From Octopus sinensis (Eukaryota), in the NCBI RefSeq assembly GCF_006345805.1, contig NC_043000.1, forward strand, positions 24,242,001-24,306,000: a stretch of 64,000 bases of DNA. The letters are read 5' to 3'. This document shows positions 12,784-25,523 of this stretch, piece after piece. Numbering within the stretch: the stretch's first letter is position 1; every line of letters begins with the position of its first letter. The position numbers were made by a program, and so were the translations under genes. Under the pieces are notes generated by a model. It was not told the DNA's origin, searched no databases, and saw only the letters and a list, made by a program, of their open reading frames with translations.

Positions 12784-12970
12784 CTGCAAGTGACAAGAGA
12801 TAAAGTGTAAAACAGCAAATTGGCTGAAACACTCCTGTTGAAAAACCAGATTATTAATGATAAACCAGTCAGGAAGGAATCAAGGGATGATGTGATCCTA
12901 ACAATGAAATGATGAATTCCTATTTCTTTCATTGTACAATCTGACTAATGATCAACTAAATTCTTTTAGA

Positions 12971-13300
12971 CTGTTCTTATCGTTAGGCCTAACTCATTGT
13001 TAAGTCAATACCACCATGACCGATATCCAAACTACAGTGGAGAAGGCTAGCCACTGGATTTGGTTAAAAAGAGACGATGAGCGATGGCTAGAAGAATATT
13101 GAGCTTTATTTGATAACCAGCTGATCTAGCAAGCGGGGTCTCATATCAGTGAGGGGGCCGGTATGCATTGATGCCGTCGAGAGGTAGGCCCTGAAACACG
13201 ACCCCATACACTTGCTGGCTTCCGGTATGCGGAGTTTTTGACTGGTAGCACTTGCATGTGCAAGTTGTTTGCAAGACATCTTTTAGCACATTGTTTGATG
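12971..13300 (+). mobile_element. RLE-type (Hero-like) non-LTR retrotransposon 3' end
   Basis: Translates LFLSLGLTHC*VNTTMTDIQTTVEKASHWIWLKRDDERWLEEY*. The EKAS.W.WLKR..W ending is what I recall for Hero-clade elements. A GC-richer 3' UTR follows. Confidence 0.55.
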
Positions 13301-16059
13301 AATATATGAAAACTTTGTTAATAATGTCACAGATCTGTTGACTTGTGTTAGGCATGATAATGGACGTGTCATATATCCTGCTGTTTACAGGATTTGTATG
13401 GTATTTTTCTAACTTCATGTTTTTTCAAATTTAAGAATTCCTGGGGTCCATTTTCCCTCATGTCAGTATTATTGACCACAGGGGTCTACATCCACATCTA
13501 GCTTTAAAGTGTAAAGCAAAACTGAGAAGATTTAATAAGGATTCTCAGCTTGGGAGACACATGTATCCCAGTACAAAACTGGAATTTATTGACACCAGAA
13601 GAATAATAAAAAAAAAGATCTCGGCAGAGTTTGAACTCAGATTGTAAATTGCCAGAACTTAATATTGCATAGCATTTTGTCCAACAGTATAATGATTTTG
13701 GCAATCTACTACTTTAACGCATAGAACACTGAAACGTTTTTGCAAAGATTTCATATAAAGAGAACAACATTGGCAAATAGTGAGAAGTGATGCATCGGTT
13801 ATTGTTGAGGTTTAAACTTGAAATTTGTGTCATATAAATGTTTACAGGAGATTAACGTGTCAATGATATAATGATCATCATGATTAAATAGCAACTACAT
13901 CATGGAAGAACCATTTAATAAAACATAATGCTATTAAACGCATTTTATATTTATGTAATGAGATATCAAAATTTTCAAATCACAACTGCAGCTTGGTCAC
14001 TGACACAGTTTCATTATAGAATGGTGTAAGTGACCAGGTTATAGTTTCACAACAGAAGGTTTGACACCTCATGAAATTATTCTAAAATAAAAGTGAATTT
14101 AACAACTTTTTTTGCATAATAAATAGCTCATTTGTAATGCAGCTACTTTAGTTTCAACACGTTCTCCAGATCAAGTCTTCTGCCATACAAATACAATTCC
14201 ATTATTAAATAATACAATTGATATTATTAAATTAATAATTGTGGTGGACTTTATATTGCATGCATGATAAATAGGTTGTGAATATGATTGTCTTTACTGA
14301 ATTATTTTGAAATAAATAAATGAATAAAACTGAAAGAAGGAAGTCCAGAGAAAATTTACTATGTAAAAAAATTATTGAAAAGAATCTTTTAAATTACTGA
14401 ATGTTAGAAAAATGATTGTTTTCTGCTTGAATCAAAGTGTCAATCATGGGTAAAAACTAACATAAAACCCTGGCAATATATGAGGCACTAAACATAATAT
14501 GATAAGAAAAAAAGTGAGATGAAGATGAATGTCATAAAACAACGAGAGAGTGGCTATCAGAGTTGATCCAAAATGAAAGTAACAGAATTTATAATGAAAA
14601 TATGGAGAAAGACAAATAAAATAATCATATTTATAGAGCTTGAAATTTAGGCGATAGCTACAGTGCAGCAAAAGTTAAGACAGTTACTGAGGTGCAGTAA
14701 GTGGAATAAAAGGAGGAGGAAGAGGAAAAGGTGGAATATGGTAGAGAGGATAAAATATTTACAATAGCAATACAAAGAAATTTAAATTGAAGAAAATGTG
14801 AAACGTGCTTTTGTAGGTAGAAAATTAGAATACATGAAAAGTGGATGATAGATTCTTTAGTGCAAAAATATTAAAAATATGTAAAAAAAAAAGTATTTAT
14901 TGAATACACTGATGTAAAATTAATAATAATAATAATACAATAATAAATAAATTATTAATGAGAAACAAAGTTATTAAAGTAATTTTTATTTTAGAAAATG
15001 ATTAAAAGAAAATAAGTTTGAAAGAGAAATGTAAAAGATTTATGACAACAACAACAATAATAAAAATAACGTAAAATACCTTTAAAAAGACAACAATAAA
15101 ATAAAACACAAATACGCAATAGTTACGTCTAAACATTTGATACAACTATGAAAATATAGTAAAACAACGCAATAAAATTTCACGAAACATATTAAAATAA
15201 CAGACCAACTAGACAAAGGGTACAAGGGTAGGAAGAAAAAAAAATCCTATGTAAAATATTTTGATGATTTTTGAGAAAAAATTGAAAGAAAATAAAATAT
15301 GGATAGATTGTGTTTAACAAGTTTTGAGAATCACTTTTGTCTGAATTGGTGTGATTTAAAAGTTGTGTATTAGAATAGTTTTAGAATTTGGAATTGTGGA
15401 TTTGGAATTAAGGTAAGATGTGCCAAAGTATAAAATCTTTATAGATTTACTGGAATTCTAAAAACTTTAAAGCTTTTATTTTGTCTTTTCCAAATTTTCC
15501 CAAATTTAAATTTACATTTAATGAATTTTAATCATACAATACAAAATATATTTTTGTTTTGATTTAACATTTTAAAACAAAAAATTACTTGGATTTGGAT
15601 TAATAAATAACAAATTTTCTAATGAAGTTTTTGGTAATTGTAAATTTAGTAATCATAAATAAATGAATATCAATGTAATAATAATGAATTCATCTTTGTA
15701 TTTTACATTCTTGCATAAGTAAGAAGTTTCATTGTTTGTTTTTCTCTGTTTTTTTTCTTTTTAGTTAATATGAACATTTCACACCATTGGAACAATTCAT
15801 TTTATAATTAGATACCAATTCTACAACTAACCTCAACAAAGTACTTTTACCAAGGTATGCAATGCAGTGGCTGCCTTAACATTTGAAACATTGACTGCTC
15901 AATCATAAAAACATTTTTGTTTGATTAAATTTACTTTTAATGTTTTGCTGCAACATTTTCCAACCAGAACCCTAATGTTCCACAAGAGGTTGCTAGGAGT
16001 TCTGTGATAAATAGACTATTCATATGCAAATTCAAGAAAAGGATTGATAAAGATATTTT

Positions 16060-16700
16060 TGTGCACAGGTACAATTAAAGATATACAGAAAATGGACTCC
16101 ATCAAATGCTAGGGGGAAAAACTAGAAGTAGTTCATAGCTTCCGTTACCTAGGTGATCAAATCAGAGAGCCCCAACCTTTGTTGGTAATAAAGGACCTCT
16201 CCCTCAATGTGAAAGGCAGATTGTATGATGCCTGTGTACAAACAGCCATGCTACATGATTGTGAAACATGGGCTGAGGAAATGCGTAGGCTTGAAAGAAA
16301 TGAAGCTAGTATGTTTTGCTGGATGTGTAATGTCAGTGTGTATGTACAACAGAGTGTAAATGTCTTGAGAGAAAAGTTGGGCACAAGAGGCATAAGATGT
16401 GGTGTGCAAGAGAGATGACTGTGTTGGTACGGTCATGTGATGTATATGGATGTGGACAGCTGTGTGAAGAAGTGCCGATCTCTACCAGTGGAAGAGGGAG
16501 TCCCAAGGAGACACAGGATGAGGTGATGAAGCATGATCTTCGAACATTGGGCCTCATGGAAGCAATGTGATTGATAACTGTGTTGTGTGAATAGCACCTG
16601 TGCTGGTGGCACATAAAAAGCACTTTGTGAGTGCTGGTCCCCATGGAGATAATGACAAATGACTGAGTCCAATTTTCTTACAGTCCACCTTGGATTGGAA
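16060..16700 (+). mobile_element. RTE LINE fragment, same family as 6131-7870
   Basis: Translates KGRLYDACVQTAMLHDCETWAEEMRRLERNEASMFCWMCNVSV...LREKLGTRGIRCGVQER; co-linear with about 6830-7560. Confidence 0.88.
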
Positions 16701-18069
16701 CTTTTCTATTGACCTTGAAAGGGTGACATTGGGAGAGTTGGAGCAAATATTACAAGATATTCTATTTGACGTGGAGGTGTGTGGCCTAGAGGTTAAGGTG
16801 TTGGACTCATGATTTTTAAGATTGTGATTTCAATTCCTGGACTGGGTGATGCATTGTGTTCTTCAGCAAATCATTTCATTTCATGTTGCTCCAGACCACA
16901 CAGCTGACAAAAGTGAGAAAACCTGTGATGGACTGGTGTCCCATCCAGGTGGGTAAATACATATAACCACGGAAATCAGGAAACTGGCCCTTATGAGTTG
17001 ATGGAACTCAAGAAGGGAGTTTTTCTTTTATATTCTATTTGACGCTCTACCAATTCACTGCTAAATATGGTAATTTTAATGTGTGTTTTAAGAGTTCTGC
17101 AAGGGTAATAAATGTTGGGAAACACTACTTTATTGTAACCGTTTCATTGATTTATTTGTTACAGTTTCACATGTGATCACAGACCGAGTCAACTCTTGCC
17201 AAACCAGTGCAAAAACTACAAAACAGAAAATAGAAATATTCACAGTAATAAACTTGCAAACATTGATGGAAGATTTTTAGTGAGAGATACTTCAGAAAAC
17301 ATGAGTTTTGCTTTCTAGTTTAGTGTCATATGTAGGAGTACTCTGTCGGTTATGACGACGAGGGTTCCAGCTGATACAATCAATGGAACAGCTTGCTTGT
17401 AAAATTAGTGTGCAAGTGGCCGAGTGCTCCACAGATATGTGTACCCTTAATGTAGTTCTTAGGGAGATTCAGAGTGACATGGCTGGCCCTTTGAAATACA
17501 GGTACAACTCATTTTTGCCAGCTGAGTGGACTGGAGCAACGTGAAATAACGTATCTTGCTCAAGGAAATAAATTTAGTGCCTAAAGTGACTCCCTATAAT
17601 TGAAGGAGAAGAGAGAGGGTGTAAGGATTCTAGGTGGGGTGATGAGGGAGGGTAAGGAAAGATGAGAGGAACTGAGTTAAATATATAAGTGTGTCTGTGT
17701 GTGTGTGCATGTATGTACATGTCTATGAATCATATGTAAAATGGATGGCCTTTTGCAGTTTCTGTCTTCCAATGAGAAAAGAATTGGTCAACACATAATA
17801 GAAGACACTTAACCAAGATGACATGCCGTGGAATTGAAGCCAGAATTACATGGCTGTGAAGCAAAACTTCTGAAACCATTTTGAGAACAATTGCTTACTG
17901 TCATATTTGAAAACACTGTGTACATATGAAGAAATCATTACTGCTGTAATTCTTCATAATTATTATTATTATTAAAAGGTGGCAAGCTGGCAGAATTATC
18001 AGGGCATGGGAAGAAATGCTAATTTAGATCTTGTGCCTAAATTAGAAAGTTTTGTTATTGTTAACATCA

Positions 18070-18104
<35 letters not shown>

Positions 18105-20299
18105 TGAGTGACAGAAATAGTATACCACTAAACTGCTTTTTCGTATTTATTTTCTAAAGATGTTCTAAGATGAAATTTTGTTGGATAGTTCTCAAGAAGA
18201 AAATAAAAAAAGTCCTCCTCTAACATTATATTATATAATGTAATGAACCACTGAGTATGGTTACACCGAAGCAGCTGAGAAATGTGCATATTTAATCTAT
18301 ATTACAAGTTTTCACATTCTCATAGTTCAGGTATGATGTCCACTTAGCAATTTTATTGTTAACTGAAGTTAATAGAAAAGTAACAACAGAATGATTTCTT
18401 CAGGAAAATTTTAGCATGAAGAATTGCTGCAGCTAATTAAGCTGACAACAGCTTAATTTAGTTAATTTACTGTACTCTAAAATGTCATTACATATTTGCT
18501 GTTTTCAGTCAGTCTAGCTGAAAAACAACTAATGCTTCCACCAGAGACCAACCAGTTTGAAAACATTTGTACCAGTAATTAATACAACTAAACAATAAAG
18601 GACTTTTAGACTGTTGAATGCAAGAGAAAGAATTAACTGATGAGTTATAAACTGAAACTAATTTAGGCCATCTATGTTTTTTCTTTTTCTTTTTTTTATA
18701 GTTCAGTTAGTTTGTAATTATTTTTTTCCTAACACACTTTTAAAAGGCATGAACATTACAACTTTCTACTCTCCTTCCCTGTGTTTCAATGTGAAATAAA
18801 AAAAAAAATTTAAATGAACAAAATGTTATTCTCTAAAAAACCTGATAATTCTCACCAGGTTGCTAATACGGTATTATTCCATTACTTTGAATAATTATAT
18901 TGATTCTTTATTACATAAACTAGTTTTTTTTTCTCAAGCATTGTTTTCATAAATCTCCCAGCACAAGGGACATTGTTAATTAAATGATACAATAATTATT
19001 TTTATTAAATTATTCACTACAACCTGGACTGGTTAATGTAGATCTTGTTTCAATTACTGTAAGTTTCATTTTCATATTTACAGAATACTGAAGATATGTC
19101 AAAGAAAAAAAAATCCAATTTAATAATTTAATTTTGATAAATATTATTTAGTTGAAATATATCAAAAACAAAACAGCCTGTATTATTACAAATAAAGAAT
19201 GAATTATTTCCTTTAAATTTTATTATGTAACATAACTATTTTATTATGTAACAGAACTATTTTATATTAAACGCAGGGAAATCATATGTAATTAAGAGAA
19301 TGACTTTGTTGCTTATGGTTTGTCCACATTAAAGATTATATTGGTAATTTCTTAAAAATTGATGAATTTAGTTTTTTTAAAATTCAAAATCACTTTTGAT
19401 TTATCAGTGATTCTTAAAATGATTGACATTAAAACAGGAACAAGGAAAGTAAAGGATAGAAAGCAGTTGATGTTTTTCCATGCGCAAATTACGCAACGTA
19501 AGAACTAATCTGCATGCTGTTGAAGCTGAGTCATAAGGTTTTCTTCTTGGACTAAAATCCAGGCGCCTACCTTACACTGGATATCCCTCTCTCTTGTTGG
19601 TGAGAAAAGCATGCTAAAATAGAAGTCCAAAGAACGGTTGCTATCTTCTCATGTTCAATTAACAAAACAGCAACATTTGAAAACTGAATATTAACAGGTG
19701 TGAAAGTTCACCGCAAAAGGGTACCAAATATCAAAATAAATTTATAGAAATAAAATGAGGATTATCACAGCAAAGATAAAGGTTATGACATGAATGATAG
19801 TGAAGATGAAGACAAAATGGTGTAACGTTGATGATAATGATAACATTGATGTGATGAAAGACAATTTTATATTTATTTCCATTGGCTCCTGTTTGTAAAC
19901 TAAGATAAATTTGAATATCAGTCAACAAAATAAATGTAAAATACATAACTGAATTATTTTATTATTCCAGTTATTATTTGGGTTTGAGAGTACTTTTATA
20001 TGATTAAGCACCAGTTGAAACAAAATGCTGACTTTTTCATTAATTGGTATAAAAGTCCCCATTTGTAAATATGCATATGTGTACACAGCTAATTATACAA
20101 CAGACATTGCATACTTCATCAAAAATATGTTTAGTGCATTTTACAGTTTAAGCATGTAAACCAACAACATTCTCTCCTTTGCGAGTATGTCTGTACATGC
20201 ACACGCACACACACACACAGATATATAAATACATTGACCTGATAAACCAAACAGGAGAAACAGAACTGAATACATGAATATGTACTTCTTTTTATCTTT

Positions 20300-20435
20300 T
20301 TGTTTTAATTCGCAAAAAGTTGCAAAAGTGACTTAAAAGACTGAGAGTTTTGTGCATGGCACTTACCAAACTTTGGTAAGTGCCATACACAAAACTCCTG
20401 AGTCACTTTTGTAACTTTCTGTTAATTAAAAATAA
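20300..20435. repeat. Fold-back palindrome
   Basis: Inner arms 20345-20370 and 20372-20397 (26 bp, 1 mismatch, 1-nt centre). Outer arms 20313-20335 and 20399-20421 continue into AT-rich flanks. Confidence 0.9.
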
Positions 20436-20454
20436 AAGGTAAAAACATACACCA

Positions 20455-20497
<43 letters not shown>

Positions 20498-20505
20498 TAT
20501 ATATA

Positions 20506-21726
20506 CAGGGGTAGGACAAAGTAATGGAAACCCTTAGCATCATAACTTTGAAATATCTATAAAACCATCAAAAGATTGTTTATTTTTATGTTTCTTGATT
20601 TATTATTAGTGTTGCTTAATATGTTTTGCTAAAATTGCTGTTTCTTTTCAGATATCACCAGAAAAAGCAATTAAAATTCATTAAAATGACTGATCTATTG
20701 GACTTTCAAAGAGGTCAAATTGTTGGTGCTTGTATGGCAGGCACTAGTGTAATGAAAACAGTCAAAATGTATCAAGAAGTACTGTCTCCAAAGTAATGAC
20801 AGCCTTTGAGAAAGAGGGAAAAACTTCCTCATCGAAACAAAACTCCGGAAGAAAGCCAAAACTTTCAGATAGGGACCGCTGGACTCTTATGTGAATTGTT
20901 AGAAATGATCACAAAAGTACAGCTCCCAAAATTACTGCAGAGCTTAATGAGCACCTCAAGAACCTAGTTTCCATAAAATCTGTTCACCAGGAGTTGCACA
21001 AAGCCATATTTCATGGGAGGACTGTAATCAGAAAATCACTACTTTCAAGAACAAATGCTGCACGGCATTTAGAGTGGAGTAAAAACCTACAGAATTGGTC
21101 TCTAGAGAAGTAGAAGAATGTTAATTTCTCCAAGTCATCCTTTAGCTTAGTATACGTGTGGAGACAGCCAAATGAAGCATTTGACCCAGACTGCCTCTTC
21201 CAACTATTAAACATGGAGGAGGATCTCTGATGATCTGGTCAGGCTATATCTTGGATATCTGCCAGCCCAATGGCAGAATTAATAGTCAAGACTATTTAAG
21301 CATTTTATCTAATCAAATTCATCCTATGGTTGCAGAACTGTTTCCGGAGGGAAATGCAATCTTTCGGGATGATAATGCACCAATTCACACAGCTAAAGCT
21401 GTTACTGAATGGCATAAGGAACATTCTAGTGAAGTTGAACATCTTATCTGGCCACCACAGTCCCCAGATACCAATATTATTGAACATTTATGGTGCATTT
21501 TAGAAAAACAAGTAAGGAGTCGAAATCCTACACCATCATCACTACAAGAACTGGAGACTGTTTTAGCTGAAGAAAGGACCAAAATTCCTTTGGAAACAAT
21601 TCAAACTTTGTATGAGTCCATACCTTGTAGAATTCAAGCCTGTAATTACTGCCAAAGGCGGTCTTACCCCATATTAAATGAATTTGTTTGAAATTTTAAG
21701 GTGTTTCCATTATTTTGCCCAACCCC

Positions 21727-21728
<2 letters not shown>
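20506..21728 (+). mobile_element. Full-length Tc1/mariner element, DD36E (Incomer-type), decayed
   Basis: 1223 bp. TIRs CAGGGGTAGGACAAAGTAATGGAAAC and (reverse complement) CAGGGGTTGGGCAAAATAATGGAAAC, 26 bp with 3 mismatches. TA on the left; the element is embedded in TA/TG microsatellite. Confidence 0.93.
20686..21677 (+). pseudogene. Disrupted Tc1-family transposase
   Basis: Reads MTDLLDFQRGQIVGA...SGRKPKLSDRDR...RKSLLS...KHGGGSLMIW...FRDDNAPIH...WPPQSPDTNIIEHLW...GLTPY*. It has frameshifts and in-frame stops, and the first catalytic D is lost (FSKSSF for FSDESSF). D at 21371-21373 and E at 21482-21484 are separated by 36 codons. Confidence 0.9.
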
Positions 21729-21806
<78 letters not shown>

Positions 21807-21841
21807 TATATATATATATATATATAATATATATATATGTA

Positions 21842-21887
<46 letters not shown>

Positions 21888-21923
21888 TATATATATTATA
21901 TATTATATATATTATATATTATA

Positions 21924-21972
<49 letters not shown>

Positions 21973-21975
21973 CAT
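21729..21975. repeat. Complex (TA)n microsatellite. Others at about 20455-20505, 35655-35745, 37685-37740, 38065-38150, 44455-44525 and 63700-63845
   Basis: Direct inspection. Confidence 0.95.
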
Positions 21976-24900
21976 AAATTTTTACAAGGAAAAGTTGACA
22001 GTGACTTTGAAGTTTAAGCCTAATGAAGGTGAGCAGCACAAAACCTCAAAGTCTCCATCAGCCTGCTCCATCTAAAAATTAATATATACTCTCCTAAAGA
22101 GTATTGAGTAATCCTTCAGTTTATTCTTAAGCAATTTTTAAATAAAGCTTGACATAAAGCAAACATCAGTATGTGTCTGTGTGTGTGTCTGTAGATTATT
22201 GAATTGTATGATAACAACTATATCTGTTTTGTAATAATCTTTTCATTTTAAATAAAGTAACATAGTTGCTGAAACATTTTCAAGATAACCAGAATAATAA
22301 AAGTCATTAAACTGAAGAATCACAAAAAATTGTACAATGAGAGAGTCCATTAAAACAAGATAGCACCACTTCTATTTCACTTGAAATTTGTGATTCCACA
22401 AAGTGTTGCATGGCTTTTAGATAATTCTTATTTGTTGGTCATGCAAACATCAGAATTCTGTACAAAAACAGGATTATAATGAAACGAAATGAAATGAATT
22501 TATTAAAGATGAATTCATCATCATAATTATCAGTTTAATTATCACTTTTCCATGGTTGCATGGATCAGATGGAAATTGCTAAGGCAGATTTGGTCAGATG
22601 TTCTTCCTTGCACCAGTTTTCAAAGAAGACTGACAAAGGGTCGGGGACATTGCATGTATGACTGTGGTATTCATTTATAACTATTACATGGTGTTGAGAC
22701 ACACACATCCACCCTCACCCACACATTCGGCTTCTTTTAATTTCCATCTACCAAGTCTGTTCACACAGCTTTGGCTCGAATCTATAGTGCCACACAGTGA
22801 TATTGAACCTGAAACCTGTGCTTTGTTGAGTTATCATCATCATCATCATTTAACGTCTGCTTTCCATGCGGGCATGGGTTGGACGGTTTGACCAGGGTCT
22901 GGGAAGCCAGGAGGCTGCACTAGGCTCCAGTCTGATCTGGCAGTATTTCTACAGCTGGATGCCCTTCCAAATGCCAACCACTCTGAGAGTGTAGTGGGTG
23001 CTTTTACGTGCCACTGGCACAAGTGCCAGGGGAGACTGGCAATGGCCACGATCAGTTGGTGCTTTTTACATGCCACCAGCATGGAAGCCAGTCAAGGCGG
23101 CGCTGGCATCGGCCACATACAGATGGTGCTTTTAACATGCCACCGGCACAGGTATCACAACTACAATTTCCAGAGTACGTAATTAAAAAAGATATGATAT
23201 TTTATCAAGCACTTACTATAATGTTGTAAGAAAAATATTTCATTTACTGCTGGTGTATGAGAATTGAAAATGAAAAATTTTCATAATATTTAAAGGGCTG
23301 TGTTGAGACTAAGTCAGTCTGGTTGAGCCCCCAAACATCACCAGATCAAGGTTTAGATGTTTAGACATCAGAAATATGACAAAGGGTAGAGTGAAATTGT
23401 TTCAACCATAAATCTTTGTTGAAAATTTGTTTCATCAAAAGTTTATCAGATGATGATAAAGGTGAGATAAGAGAGGCTATACTTCACAAGGTTAAGATTT
23501 GAATAAACAGATGAAAGATATGATAGTTTAGTTGACAATACTCTGAGATTCCATTTAATCTTTCTCTATGGTAAAGCAAGCAGGGCACAACACCTTAGCT
23601 TTAGAAATATGAACTATGTCAAGCAAGGAAGATAGTGATGATGGAATTGTAGTTGGCACTTAGAATGTCATGTAACCAATATAGTTTTCATTTTTATACT
23701 CATGTATTCAAATGTTATTAAATCTCATGAATTCATATAAACTTAGGCAGTTTTAATGAAATATAATAATACAAAGTGATTTAAAGTGAAACCTGGTCAA
23801 AAATTCTTACATTCACAAATAATTTGGCAATGTTGAAATACTCATTAGAAACTGATTAATTATGAGATAAAAATATACCTATAGTTTGATATTACGATCC
23901 TCTTTCTTGTGGTTAAATTAAAAAAACAAATAGGAAAATCAGGATAAATATTCAGTAAGAGAGAAAAGTTCATACAAGAACAAAACAAATACGTAATAAG
24001 TACAATATTTAACAAAACTATTTTCAATGAAAGTTAAATCGACACTTTACTCAGCAAGGCTAACACAATCTTTTAAAACAAAAGATAGACAAAACTAAAT
24101 TTTGTCACATTCTAAATTTGCTTTAATCTATATTTTGTACATATTTTGCTAGAACCAAACTGCTTACTTCTTTATTAGACATGTAATGAAAATGTATAAT
24201 TTATTAACCTAAAAATACTCTTTATTAAGAGATTTCTAATTTATTTATATTTTTCCTGAGTAATTTTATATCTGAAAACAAGTTTGTTTACTCTTGCTAT
24301 TGAAAGTAGTTAAAAATAGAAAAGAATTGTTTGAATATCAAATCTATGTTTTACATGAAAGATCTATTTTAGGTCTGTCTTACTGAATATTTATTTAGAC
24401 AGATAAACAGCTCTACAATTAACTGCTAATTTGATGGTTAATAAAAAAAGTTTTAACTGTGTTTGTAAGCTATACAAAAGGGTTGAGGTTAATATAAGTT
24501 AGATGAGATCTTAATCTGAATAATGCTTTATTGGACTGTGGAAGGAATTTACCGCTATTTCCTGGACACCTGGTTCAAAAACTTGTAACAAATTGAATTC
24601 TACTGATCACACCAAAGATGGTGTTAAACCAAATGACAGATTAAGTTTGGATTGAGTCTACTAGCCATCTTAACAGTGACATTCATTAGAAATTTTTTAT
24701 GTTTATCTTTTATCTTTTACTTGCTCCAGTCATTAGACTGTGGCCATTTTGGGGCACCCACCTTGAATTTTTAGTTGTTTATTTAACCAGTCTCTTTTCC
24801 CAAATTGCTTATTTACAGAGATGTAAACAGACCAACACCGTTTGTCAGGTAATGGTAGGGGACAAACACACACAATGAGCTTCTTTCAGTTTCCACCTAC

Positions 24901-25292
24901 CAAATTTACTCACAAGGCTTTGGTCAGCCTGTGATTAGAGTAGAAGACACTTGCCCAGGGTGCAACACAATGGGACTGAACCTGAAGCCATACGGTTGAG
25001 AAGCAAACTTCTTACCACACAAGCTACACCTAAAACATATTAGAACTTCTGCTGAGTCAAGGACATCTGTATGTCTTCTGATCACCCATTGATACATATG
25101 TTTCATGTTTGCAATCATGTTTTGTAGCTACTACTTGAGATTCTGGTTCAACAACACCTTATAAATAATTACAAGGTCAATGAGGCAGCTTAAACATAAC
25201 ATTCTACATTTTATCGCTTTTGACATTCTGTCAGATTTTACAGCTCAATAAAATGTGGTTAAATAAATAAGGTTGTAAAGTGGTATTGCTAA

Positions 25293-25523
25293 GGCGGCAA
25301 GCTGGCAGAAACGTTAGCATGTCGGGCAAAATGCCTGGCAGTATTTTGTCTGCCACTATGTTCTGAGTTCAAATTCCGCCGAGGTTGACTTTGCCTTTCA
25401 TCCTTTCGGGGTCAATTATATAAGTACCAGTTACGCACTGGGGTCGATATAATCAACTTAATCCATTTGTCTGTCCTTGTTTGTTCTCTCTGTGTTTAAA
25501 CCCTTGTGGGTAGTAAAGGAATA
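25293..25523 (+). mobile_element. tRNA-derived SINE family A, full length
   Basis: A-box-like TGGCAGAAACGTTAG and B-box GTTCAAATTCC; 10-bp flanking repeat GGTATTGCTA at 25282-25291 and 25524-25533. Confidence 0.85.

Noticed and set aside
18634-18670. CTGATGA-GTT-ATA-AAC-T-GAAA on the plus strand
   Set aside because: There is an extra base before GAAA, no stem III with an NUH triplet and no stem I; a chance match in AT-rich DNA is likely.
21230-21691. 153-aa ORF treated as a functional gene
   Set aside because: It is the C-terminal piece of the disrupted Tc1 transposase; upstream stops, frameshifts and loss of the first catalytic D make it non-functional.
21701-22075. YI-repeat ORFs here and at 34270-34710, 35640-35855, 37846-38328 and 63666-63945
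   Set aside because: These are translations of (TA)n/(TG)n microsatellites.
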